Of a DNA stretch of 64,000 nucleotides, positions 1-9,100 are shown one piece after another. The stretch lies in assembly GCA_013203315.1 (NCBI GenBank), contig JABMQJ010000001.1, forward strand, positions 32,001 through 96,000, given 5' to 3'. The DNA is from Candidatus Omnitrophota bacterium. GTDB taxonomy: Bacteria; Omnitrophota; Gorgyraeia; JABMRN01; RBG-13-46-9. Position numbers and translations under genes: made by a program. The notes under the pieces were generated by a model that did no database searches, had not been told where the DNA came from, and saw only the letters and a program-made list of their open reading frames with translations. The first letter of the stretch is position 1. Each line of letters opens with the position of its first letter.

Positions 1-240
1 GAAATCCTGCGGCGGATTATCAATAGCCTTTAGCGTGACCCTTTGGCCCTCTGCGTGCACGTAATCAAACATCTTTTTCGCGTGAAAAATCTCTTCGTTC
101 CACTGCTTATAAAACCAGTTGGCAAAACCGGCTAGCCCTTTTGACGCCGCATATGCGGACATCCCGAGATAAAAGTAAGCAGAGTATATTTCCTTATTAA
201 TCTGCTCATCTAAAGCGTCTGTCATCTTTTTACTTAACAT
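1..240 (-). CDS. ftnA: Ferritin (3' part runs off the window)
   Basis: Hand translation from ATG at 240: MLSKKMTDALDEQINKEIYSAYFYLGMSAY...GFANWFYKQWNEEIFHAKKMFDY, ferroxidase-centre residues of bacterial ferritins; GGAGG RBS upstream. Not in the ORF track. Confidence 0.88.
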   Translation of the reverse strand, partial: MLSKKMTDALDEQINKEIYSAYFYLGMSAYAASKGLAGFANWFYKQWNEEIFHAKKMFDYVHAEGQRVTLKAIDNPPQDF

Positions 241-493
241 TTTTCCCTCCCTCTTTCGTTTTCTTATTGTTTAGATATTTCTTATAAAGTTTTTCTCCTA
301 CGCACTCTTTGCCATATTTACACCAATCAAGGCATGTTGCGCCCCCGTTTCGTAATACGGTTTTTTTGCACTTCGGGCACCTCGCCTTCACCTCATCTGT
401 CCATATCTCCATCTCTTCGCTGCAAAAAGGGCATTTTATACTCTCTGGATGCGGCTGACTAAAACTTTGTGACCCCGGACACTTAAAATTCAT
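230..493 (-). CDS. Small Cys-rich Zn-ribbon/Fe-binding hypothetical protein
   Basis: CPG, CPFC, CPKC, CLDWC..C motifs; overlaps both neighbours (translational coupling). Confidence 0.75.
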   Translation of the reverse strand: MNFKCPGSQSFSQPHPESIKCPFCSEEMEIWTDEVKARCPKCKKTVLRNGGATCLDWCKYGKECVGEKLYKKYLNNKKTKEGGKNVK

Positions 494-1323
494 TTCCTAT
501 CCCCTTTAATGCCGATATTAACGTCAGTAAACGGTATATTTTTACCTGAGGCCGCAAGCGCTTCCTGAACAATATTCAAAAGCCCGAAACAGCAAGGGAC
601 CTCCATATGCGCGCAGGTTACTGACTTTATGTTATTGGTTTTAAAGATTTCGGTGAACTTGTTCTTGTAGTATTCCGCGTCGTCTAACTTGGGACAGCCT
701 ACCAGCAGGATCTTCCCCTTCAATAAATCATCCTGGAAGCCTGCGTATGCGAATGAAGTGCAATCCGCCGCTATGAGTAAATCCGAGTTGTCAAGATACG
801 GAGCAAATGCCGGGACAAGCTTGATCTGGACCGGCCAGTTCTCGAGTTGCGACACGCCGCTTGGAGTGACTCCGCCCTTTTTGGTTTCTTTTCCGCGTAA
901 ATCCACTATTTTCGTTCCGGGACATCCAGAAGGTCCGCCGGCGTGCTTGTGCGCGTACGCTTTTTCAGTTAACGGGTTTTTTATGCCCTTTTCCTTCAGG
1001 ACCTCTAATGCCTGATTTAGAAATTTTGTCTCTCCGTGTTCTTTCAGGTGTTCAAGGTGCGCTATTATTACGTTCTTCCCCTGTTTTACAATATTTTGCA
1101 TTACTTTCTTTTCATCGTACTTTTCGGCTTCTCTTTCCTCTATATTTATCGCCCCTTCCGGACAATGCCCTATGCAGGCGCCCAGGCCGTCACAGAATAG
1201 ATCACTTATAAGACGCGCCTTTCCGTCTATAATTTGAAGCGCCCCTTCCGGACAGTTTGGAATACACAGACTGCAACCGTTGCATTTCTTCTCATCGATT
1301 TTTATTATTTTTCTCTTTGCCAT
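490..1323 (-). CDS. 4Fe-4S dicluster ferredoxin-domain protein (iron-sulfur oxidoreductase)
   Basis: CNGCSLCIPNCP and CDGLGACIGHCP; C-terminal WPVQ..LLIAADC..GCPKLD..MEVPCC; start moved to MAKRK at 1323 (GGGAG RBS). Confidence 0.85.
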   Translation of the reverse strand: MAKRKIIKIDEKKCNGCSLCIPNCPEGALQIIDGKARLISDLFCDGLGACIGHCPEGAINIEEREAEKYDEKKVMQNIVKQGKNVIIAHLEHLKEHGETKFLNQALEVLKEKGIKNPLTEKAYAHKHAGGPSGCPGTKIVDLRGKETKKGGVTPSGVSQLENWPVQIKLVPAFAPYLDNSDLLIAADCTSFAYAGFQDDLLKGKILLVGCPKLDDAEYYKNKFTEIFKTNNIKSVTCAHMEVPCCFGLLNIVQEALAASGKNIPFTDVNIGIKGDRK

Positions 1324-1348
1324 AATGCTCTCCCTCCCTTGTTGCCTA

Positions 1349-1379
1349 AATGATACCACTTTAGTATCATTATGTCAAG
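1349..1379 (-). promoter_or_regulatory. Sigma70 promoter with overlapping palindromic operator
   Basis: Minus strand TTGACA-17-TATCAT; ATGATAC-N7-GTATCAT palindrome; near-identical copy at 6166-6196. Confidence 0.8.
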
Positions 1380-1387
1380 GGATTTAT

Positions 1388-2353
1388 TTACTTTTTTAAA
1401 GCCCCTTCGCAGCTTGAGCCCGCGCCTGCCGTACAGCAGTAACAGTGATTTTCGAAAATTATTTCCCTCTCCTGCAATTCATCAGGGCTTATGTCACTTA
1501 CCTTTATCGTTTTATCACTCTTATCCTTAAGGGACAAGTTGAGCGCCTGGTTAAAGTCGCAATCGTACAAAGTACCGTCCCAACCGACGCTTAACAGTTT
1601 GCGGCACATTATATTACCGGCTACGTTCTCATTAAAATTATCCATTAAGAGTTTCATGTACTTGTCAAAATTGCCGTTTGCCTTAAGATACTGTTCAAAT
1701 CTTTTTATCGGGGCATTCGTGATCGTCAAAAGATAGCTGAATGTCACCTGATACTTTTCTTTTAGAACTTTTTTGTAGTCTCTTTCGAGTCCGGACTGTT
1801 CTCCCGGTAAAACAGCGCCTCCCGGGTTATAGACAAGGTCAAGCACGAGATTTTCTTCTTTCCCGTATCCTAATTCATTGAGAATCCTGAGCGCTTTAAT
1901 GCTCTTGTCAAAAACACCTTCGCCTCTTTGCTTGTCCACGTTCTCCCGGGTATAACAGGGCATCGAGCAAACAAGGTGGACACCTTGATCCTTGTAAAAT
2001 TGCGCCATGCCCTCCATGCCCGGCTCAAGTAATACTGTAAGGTTACTTCTTACCTTTATTTCTTTTGCGTGTGGTTTGGCTTTTTCTATAAAATACTTAA
2101 AGTTAGGGTTAAGTTCGGGACACCCGCCTGTTACATCCAGGATAAGGTCCTTCTTTTTGGATAAAAATATTACGATATCGCCCATCACTTCTTTGGACAT
2201 TATTTTAGCGCCACTCGGGCTTGCGTCAACATGGCAGTGCGCGCACTGCTGGTTACATCTATTGCCTAGATTCACTTGTAGCGTCTCCGGGTTAACGCGC
2301 CTTGAATAGGTTCTATCAATTGTGTAGACCTTTTCCTTAAAATCGCTTTTCAT
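1388..2353 (-). CDS. arsS: Radical SAM/Cys-rich domain protein, arsenosugar-biosynthesis ArsS family
   Basis: TLQVNLGNRCNQQCAHCHVDA (CxxxCxxC); C-terminal YDCDFNQ..HCYCCTAGAGSSC; neighbours typical of this family. Confidence 0.85.
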   Translation of the reverse strand: MKSDFKEKVYTIDRTYSRRVNPETLQVNLGNRCNQQCAHCHVDASPSGAKIMSKEVMGDIVIFLSKKKDLILDVTGGCPELNPNFKYFIEKAKPHAKEIKVRSNLTVLLEPGMEGMAQFYKDQGVHLVCSMPCYTRENVDKQRGEGVFDKSIKALRILNELGYGKEENLVLDLVYNPGGAVLPGEQSGLERDYKKVLKEKYQVTFSYLLTITNAPIKRFEQYLKANGNFDKYMKLLMDNFNENVAGNIMCRKLLSVGWDGTLYDCDFNQALNLSLKDKSDKTIKVSDISPDELQEREIIFENHCYCCTAGAGSSCEGALKK

Positions 2354-2355
2354 TT

Positions 2356-3786
2356 TTACCTTAATATTTTGATGAAGAATTTCATCATGGCTTTAAACCA
2401 ACCCGAAGACATGACCGACATATAACGCTGGTCAGCGGAACTTTTAACAACTTGAGACAATGTCGGATATATGTGTATAGATGAGCTTAATTTATCAATG
2501 CTTAGCTTTGCCGACTTGGCAAGCACATATTCATGTATGAGCTCTCCTGCATTTGCCCCTACTATGTGCGCGCCAAGGATCTTGCCTTTCTTATCGCAAA
2601 TAACCTTAGCCATCCCCTCCTTTTGGAGATCCGTAACAGCCCTATCGTTTGCGCTATATTGGGATCTGTATACATTTACATTCTTATATTGCGAGCGCGC
2701 CTCAACTTCGGTAAGCCCGAGGTGCGCAAGTTCGGGTTCTGTAAATGTGCACCAGGGCACAGCGCCATAGTCGACCGCTCGCTTGAAAGGAAGAAGCGCG
2801 TTACCCAGGGCAATAATTGCCTGGTATTCTGCGATGTGGCTAAATTGATACGGCCCTACAATATCTCCGGCTGCGTATATATTTGGAGCGTCTGTTTTTA
2901 ACGTCTTATCTGCCTCTATACCTTTATTACTATACTTAACTCCGGCTTTTTCCAAGTCAAGGCCCCGAACGTTAGCAGATCTGCCAACCGCGACAAGAAC
3001 CCTTTCAGAGGTAACCGTGGAAAGTTTTTTATCTTTGTCTTCGATGGTTACGGTAACGCTTTGTCTGTTTTTACTGAACTTAACCGCTTTTTTACCTGCA
3101 TAAATTTTCACGCCGTCTTTTACGAGGTTTTCGCGTAGTACCCGGGCAAGTTCCTCGTCTTCCCTGAAAAGTATCCTGTCAAACATCTCTACGATCGAAA
3201 CCTTAACGCCGAGCCTCGCAAGCGCCTGGGATAGCTCTATGCCGATGGGGCCTCCGCCAAGAACCGTTATCGATTCCGGGAGCGCTTCCAGATCGAAGAT
3301 GTTTTCATTGGTAAGATAGTCGATGTCTTTGAGGCCCTCTATGGGTGGGACCATTGGATGCGAACCCGTGCATATGATAAATCTCTTTGCGGACATGCGC
3401 TTACCGTCTAATAATATGGTTTTATTATCAACGAATTTGGGAGCCCCGAAAAGTACCTTTATGCCTTTTTTTTCAAAAACACCGGCGGGATGGTGAGAGC
3501 TTATTTCCTTTATAATACTTCTTACGTGCGGCATTACGTTGTCGGTGTCAAATTTTGCGCCTTGTGCGGAGGATATTCCGTATTTGTCCGAGTGCTTAAG
3601 CAGCGAAAAAACCTGAGATGACTTTAAGAGCGCTTTAGAGGGAATACATCCGTACCACGTACAGTCGCCACCCAGTTTATTCTTCTCAATAAGGGCCGTC
3701 TTAGCACCCATCATGGCTCCACCCGTAGCTGCCACTAGGCCCGCCGCTCCGCCGCCTATAACGATTAGATCGTAATCAGGTTTCAT
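2356..3786 (-). CDS. Mercuric-reductase-like pyridine nucleotide-disulfide oxidoreductase
   Basis: GGGAAG FAD motif, GGDCTWYGCIPSK redox disulfide, IHIYPT; no MerA C-terminal CC pair. Confidence 0.85.
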   Translation of the reverse strand: MKPDYDLIVIGGGAAGLVAATGGAMMGAKTALIEKNKLGGDCTWYGCIPSKALLKSSQVFSLLKHSDKYGISSAQGAKFDTDNVMPHVRSIIKEISSHHPAGVFEKKGIKVLFGAPKFVDNKTILLDGKRMSAKRFIICTGSHPMVPPIEGLKDIDYLTNENIFDLEALPESITVLGGGPIGIELSQALARLGVKVSIVEMFDRILFREDEELARVLRENLVKDGVKIYAGKKAVKFSKNRQSVTVTIEDKDKKLSTVTSERVLVAVGRSANVRGLDLEKAGVKYSNKGIEADKTLKTDAPNIYAAGDIVGPYQFSHIAEYQAIIALGNALLPFKRAVDYGAVPWCTFTEPELAHLGLTEVEARSQYKNVNVYRSQYSANDRAVTDLQKEGMAKVICDKKGKILGAHIVGANAGELIHEYVLAKSAKLSIDKLSSSIHIYPTLSQVVKSSADQRYMSVMSSGWFKAMMKFFIKILR

Positions 3787-3800
3787 CTATTTTTCTTTCC

Positions 3801-3980
3801 TCATTGCGGCTTCATCTGAGTTTTTAAATAATTATAGCACTTTTTGCATATTCCATCTTCCTCTTTCCAATCAGGGTGTTTCTTTTTTATTTCGTTAATG
3901 ATGTGCTCTTCGGTGTGCGGTATAATAACGAGTAATTCTCTGGGAAGTGATTTCCCGCATGTAGGGCAAGTAAATTCCAT
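3801..3980 (-). CDS. 59-aa Zn-finger-like protein (not in the ORF track)
   Basis: Hand translation MEFTCPTCGKSLPRELLVIIPHTEEHIINEIKKKHPDWKEEDGICKKCYNYLKTQMKPQ; GGAGG RBS; fills the operon gap. Confidence 0.75.
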   Translation of the reverse strand: MEFTCPTCGKSLPRELLVIIPHTEEHIINEIKKKHPDWKEEDGICKKCYNYLKTQMKPQ

Positions 3981-3992
3981 AATGTCCTCCTC

Positions 3993-4676
3993 TTATTTTT
4001 TGTTTCGTTTTTTAACACGCGTGTAAATTAAAGGTATTGCTATAATAAGAATAAGTAAACCAAGCGCAACCAAAAACTCCGTAGAAAGTAAATCTTTAAG
4101 GTTTTTTACTTCGCCGAGCGTTCCCCCGAAAAACGCGGATATTACAACCCCCGGGATAATGCCTAAAAACGTCGCCAAAAAATAATCTTTTAATTTTATC
4201 TTTGAAAGCCCACAGGCGTAGTTTAATACTTCGTAGGGCACTATCGGGATAAGTCTGAAGAGAAGAACTGTTACGAACCCCTTTCTTTCCAGGAGCTCGT
4301 TCAGTTTTTTACCCTTGCCCTTAAGTATCCTGTCAACCAGGCTCCTTCCGAAGAATCGCGATATGAAAAAGGTGGAAGTTGTTCCGAGCATAGCACCTGT
4401 CATTAAATACACGGCACCCCAGACTTTACCGAAGGCAAGGCCTGCCGTAAGTGAAAGTAGGGCTATCGGCGGGATGATCGAAATCGTATTCAAGGCATAT
4501 GCTATTATGTATATGACAGCGGCAAGGGTTCCGAAACCCTGTATGTAATCCCTTATGCTTGAGGGCGTGAGAGACTCCAGGTTGAGGCACTGGCATTTTA
4601 CTATCCACCAGATACCTGCTACAAGTAAAACCCCTATGAGTACTTTAACTAAATTTTTAAGAATCTTCGTGTCCAT
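3993..4676 (-). CDS. TVP38/TMEM64 (DedA/VTT) membrane protein
   Basis: AGLAFG, F.ISRFFGR and RLIPIVPYEVLNYACG motifs; hydrophobic. Confidence 0.88.
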   Translation of the reverse strand: MDTKILKNLVKVLIGVLLVAGIWWIVKCQCLNLESLTPSSIRDYIQGFGTLAAVIYIIAYALNTISIIPPIALLSLTAGLAFGKVWGAVYLMTGAMLGTTSTFFISRFFGRSLVDRILKGKGKKLNELLERKGFVTVLLFRLIPIVPYEVLNYACGLSKIKLKDYFLATFLGIIPGVVISAFFGGTLGEVKNLKDLLSTEFLVALGLLILIIAIPLIYTRVKKRNKK

Positions 4677-5296
4677 TTCGCCGATTTTTTATTTTTCTTT
4701 AGATCCCTAACAAGACGAAACAATTCAAGCGGTGTGTCAACATCATACCACTTATCCAAAAGAGCTACTTTTTTCTTAAGGCGCTTTGCCTTTTTAAGAG
4801 TGTCGCCCAACACCTCTTGAGAGCTCCATTTTATATTACTAAAGAGGGCACCACAAGGCTTTTTAAGTCCTATCAGGTAATACCCACCGTCACGGCTCGG
4901 CCCCAATACGAGGTCGTTTTTCTCGAGCTTGCGGAATGCTTTTTTAACGAGATCGGAAGGCAGGTTAGGGGCATCCGAACCGATAATAAGCGTTTTCGAA
5001 TCCTCGTCTTTCGAGGCGTTCCTGAAAGCATTGTGCATTCTCCGGCCGAGATCTTTCCCCTTTTGCCTGTAGAATTTAAAGCGCGGCGCTATTTTTTTAA
5101 GGCTTCCGGGATTTTTTGATCTTGAATCATAAGCCATTATCCTCCGGTCGCATTTCACGCTTTTTGCAAGGTTCACGGTGTCTTTTAAAAAAGCCTTATA
5201 TAAATCCACGCGATCCGTATCAGAGAGAAAGCTCGATAGTCTTGTTTTTATATCGTGTTTTTTCGGTTCTTTCGCGAAAATGACTAAATTCTTCAT
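4649..5296 (-). CDS. rSAM/selenodomain-associated transferase 1 (DUF2064, CofC-like)
   Basis: IFAKEP..KTRL, QKG.DLG.RM, IIGSDAP, LGPSRDGGYYLIG, DVDT. Confidence 0.88.
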   Translation of the reverse strand: MKNLVIFAKEPKKHDIKTRLSSFLSDTDRVDLYKAFLKDTVNLAKSVKCDRRIMAYDSRSKNPGSLKKIAPRFKFYRQKGKDLGRRMHNAFRNASKDEDSKTLIIGSDAPNLPSDLVKKAFRKLEKNDLVLGPSRDGGYYLIGLKKPCGALFSNIKWSSQEVLGDTLKKAKRLKKKVALLDKWYDVDTPLELFRLVRDLKKNKKSAKWTRRFLKI

Positions 5297-5967
5297 CTCA
5301 AATCTTCATACAGATCTTTTATTTTATCAAGCGGGAATTTCAGGCAGTGTAATAACGTTACGTAATTATGTAGTAATATGGTGCTAAGCACTCCCTTTTT
5401 CTCCCATCTTCTCGGAGAAACGCTAACCTTGTTGCATAACACAACGGTTCTGCCTGACCTTCGCAACTTTCTAGTGAAAAGCACGTCCTCCATGATCGGG
5501 ACTTCGGGGAAACCTTTAAGTTTTAAGAATTTATCTTTTTTTGTAAATATTGCCTGATCACCGTAAAAGACTTTAGTAGCCCTGGCTCTTAAGTTACCCT
5601 GCATTTCAAGTATCCTATATATCAGTCCTTTTCTATCTATCCTTTGCGTAAGGCAACCGCCTACACAACTGCTATTTTTTAATCGTTTTTCAACGGCCGC
5701 GACTGTTCTGGGAGAAATTACATTATCGGCGTGTAAGAATAGGAGGATATTGCTTTCGGCGTGCCCTGCCCCACAATTCATCTGGAGGGCACGGCCCTTG
5801 CCGGTGCGCACTACTTTGCCATAAACCTTAGCGACTTCTACACTTCTGTCAGAGCTACCGCCGTCTACAAAGATGAGCTCCGCTTTTTCGGCAAGCCTGC
5901 GAAACCCGGGCAGGTTCTTTGACAGGATCTTTTCTTCGTTATATATGGGAATAATTATGCTAACCAT
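5293..5967 (-). CDS. rSAM/selenodomain-associated glycosyltransferase family 2
   Basis: SIIIPIYNEE, VDGGSSD, GRALQMN.GA, FLHAD, YGDQ, PIMED, SPRRW; start placed at MVSII. Confidence 0.88.
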   Translation of the reverse strand: MVSIIIPIYNEEKILSKNLPGFRRLAEKAELIFVDGGSSDRSVEVAKVYGKVVRTGKGRALQMNCGAGHAESNILLFLHADNVISPRTVAAVEKRLKNSSCVGGCLTQRIDRKGLIYRILEMQGNLRARATKVFYGDQAIFTKKDKFLKLKGFPEVPIMEDVLFTRKLRRSGRTVVLCNKVSVSPRRWEKKGVLSTILLHNYVTLLHCLKFPLDKIKDLYEDLR

Positions 5968-5984
5968 GTCCCCTAACACTTCGT

Positions 5985-6035
5985 GGGGACAGATCTCTCA
6001 TCAAGCATGCTTAACAAGATGAGGAGATCCGTCCC
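5985..6035. repeat. GC-rich stem-loop (GGGGAC...GTCCCC) between the small ORF and the glycosyltransferase
   Basis: GGGGACAGATCTCTCATC ... GATGAGGAGATCCGTCCCC imperfect inverted repeat. Confidence 0.7.
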
Positions 6036-6053
6036 CATATTTTTTCGGGCAGT

Positions 6054-6137
6054 TTAGAGTCTTACCCGGGACGATCTACTGCAGCCTTCGTCACAATGTG
6101 CTACAGGGCGTAACATGTACCTAATTGTAATTTGCAT
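6054..6137 (-). CDS. 27-aa small ORF MQITIRYMLRPVAHCDEGCSRSSRVRL (putative)
   Basis: AAGGAGG RBS shortly upstream; first ORF after the promoter at 6166-6196. Confidence 0.5.
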   Translation of the reverse strand: MQITIRYMLRPVAHCDEGCSRSSRVRL

Positions 6138-6165
6138 CTTAATCCCTCCTTTTTAGTTCTGTATT

Positions 6166-6196
6166 AATGATACCTAATAGGTATCATTCTGTCAAG
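6166..6196 (-). promoter_or_regulatory. Sigma70 promoter with palindromic operator
   Basis: TTGACA-17-TATCAT; perfect AATGATACC-N5-GGTATCATT palindrome; the -35 overlaps the cusA stop codon. Confidence 0.8.
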
Positions 6197-9100
6197 AGCT
6201 TTTTTTAAGCTCTTTCTCTTTCAGCCAGGCGTATAAGACCGGGACCAGTATTAGGTTGGCTAGGGTTGCGGTGACGAGTCCTCCTACAAGGGGCGATGCC
6301 ATCGGCTTCATGACCTCAGAACCTGTCCCCGTCGATAGCATTACAGGCATTAGCGCTATGACTGTAGTCGTCGCGGTCATCATTGCCGGTCTTAAACGTA
6401 ATAGACAACCTTCGATTACTGTCTTACGTATGTCTTCTACTGTTTTCGGTAGTTTTTTCTTAAAGAGATTATCCAGTGTTGAAAGCAGTACGACCGCGTT
6501 GTCCGTGGCAACACCAAACAGGGCTATGAACCCTACCCATACGACAGTGGAAAATTTGAATCCCAGTAAGAATAAAAGTATTACCCCTCCCGTAAGCGCT
6601 ACGGGAATTCCCGTAGAGAGAATAAGAAGCGACTTAACGTTCCTAAACGCTATGTAGAGCAGGATCATGATTACGCCCAGGCATATTAAAAGTGACGGGA
6701 TAAGCCTTTTTCTTGATTCCATCTCTGACTCAAACTGGCCTGACCAGGAAACATAATATCCCGACGGAAGCTTTATTTCTCCTTTTTTAATCTTTTCATC
6801 CACGGCCCTTTGCGCATTTTTTACGAAGTCTATAAGACCTACCTTGTCCTGATCAACGTTCACAAAAATTCTCGCGTATGAAAGCGTATTTTCCGAGTTG
6901 ATAACGGCGGGGCCGGGAACGCGTTTCAGTTCGGCTATCTGCGCCAGCGGAATATGCTCCCCGCCGGATGTAGGAATAAAAATTCTCTTAAGCGCTTCCG
7001 GATTGTCGCGTAACTCACGCATGTATCTTACGCGAACCGGATAACGCTCTCTTCCTTCAACGGTTGTAGTAATATTCATGCCGCCTATCGCGGTCATGAT
7101 GACATGTTGAATGTCCCGGACGTTTATGCCGTATCTTGCAGCGGCCTCTCTATCTATTTCAATTTCGAAATAGGGCCTGTTCGATATGCGTTCGGCATAG
7201 GGGCTCACCGCGCCTTTTACCTTGGATACGACAGCCTCTATCTCGGTTGCGATCTCGACTATTTTATTAAGGTCCGGCCCGAAAACCTTGATACCTACGG
7301 GTGTTTGTATACCCGTAGCTAACATGTCTATCCTATTCCTTATGGGCTGAGTCATTATCGGGCTTACACCGGGCATACGCGTTTTTTCCTGTATTTCCAG
7401 TATGAGTTTCTCGCGCGTCATGCCCCTTCGCCAGAATTTTTTGTCTTTAAGATTAATAATTGTCTCTATCATTGCTACAGGCGCCGGGTCTGTCGCGGTT
7501 TCCGCGCGGCCAAGCTTACCCACGACCTGCTTTACCTCATTTGGGAATTCCTTTTTAATGATGATATCCTGCGTTCTCATTACATCCATTACCTGCGTGA
7601 GAGACGCCCCCGGCAGAAGAACGGGCATGAAAAGAAGGTCCCCTTCATTTAAAGGCGGCATGAATTCCTGTTTTATCATGGAAGCGAATATTCCGCCCAA
7701 TAGCAAAAGCGCGACTGTTATTATTATAATTTTTTGCTTATTTTTTAACGCCCAGCTGATCGTGGGTAAATAGTGCTTACGAAGATTACGCGAAGTAGCA
7801 TTTTTATCAGGGTCCTGCAATTTTCCCCTTAAAAAATAATAACAAAGCGTCGGAAGAAGCGTAAGCGCGATTACCGCGGCGCCCACCATGACAAATGTCT
7901 TCGTAAAGGCAAGCGGCCTGAAAAGCTTGCCTGCCTGTCCTGTCAGAACAAAAACCGGCAGAAACCCTACAATAGTCGTAAGAAGAGCGAAAAGAACGGG
8001 CTTCCCTACTTCCTTGGCGCCGTCTATGCAGACGTCGAGTCTTTCTTCGGGCGCGAGACTATTTGCGCCCTTTTCTTTTCTTCTATCTACAATTCTTCTA
8101 TAAATGTTTTCAACCAGCACACAACCCGAATCAACCATTATGCCTATGGCGATGGCGATACCGCCAAGCGACATTATGTTGGCATCCACGCCAAAGAGGC
8201 GCATGAGAATAAATGCGATCAATATGCCTACGGGCAGGACGATCGCTATGGCAGCGCTTGCCAGGAAGTGCGCGAGAAATACCAGGATAACAAATACTGT
8301 TATTATAATTTCCTGTATAAGAGCGGTCTTAAGCGTATCAATAGAGCGCATGATAAGCCCTGTTCTGTCATAAAACGGTACTATTTTAACACCGGGAGGC
8401 AGGCCCACGGATAGCTCTTCGATTTTTTCCTTTATGTCCTTTATTACTTTAAGCGGATTCTCACCGTAACGCATGAGAATCACACCGCCTGTTACCTCTT
8501 TTCCTTCCTTGTCAAGGGCGCCCCTCCTGAATTCAGGGCCGATTGTCACCGTGGCTATGTTTTTTACATAAATAGGGGTGCCATTTTTCTCATCAATTAC
8601 TATGTTTTCTATGTCGTCTGTGTTTTTTATGAAACCGAGGCCCCTTACTACAAATTCGGTCCCGCCTTCTTCAAAGACCTTGGCCCCTACGTCAATATTG
8701 GAGGCTTCTACCGCTTTTATTACCTCGTGAATCCTGACGTCATGCGCGAGCAGCTTATTTGGGTCTACGTCTATTTGATATTGCTTTACATGACCGCCTA
8801 CTGAAGCGACTTCTGATACGCCCTTTACGGCATTAAGCTGATACCTTATATACCAGTCCTGGATCGAACGCAACTCATCCAGGCTGTGACCCTCGCCTTC
8901 AACCGTATACCAGAAAATCTGGCCGAGCGCCGTTGCGTCAGGCCCTAAAGTGACAGAGACATCACTCGGGATACCCCTTTTCGCAAAATCAAGCCTTTCT
9001 AAAACGCGTGTCCTGGCCCAGTAAAAATCTGTTCCGTCCTCAAAGATCATGTTTACCAGGCCAAAGCCAAAAGCTGACGTGGAACGTACAACTTTTATAT

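Noticed and set aside
2356-3786. True mercuric reductase MerA or dihydrolipoamide dehydrogenase
   Set aside because: No NmerA domain or C-terminal CC pair, and no mer or 2-oxoacid dehydrogenase genes nearby.
1388-3803. Selenocysteine recoding in ArsS or the 59-aa ORF
   Set aside because: ArsS has Cys at the C-terminal GSSC and ends in TAA. Reading through the small ORF's TGA adds only five residues, with no evident SECIS hairpin.
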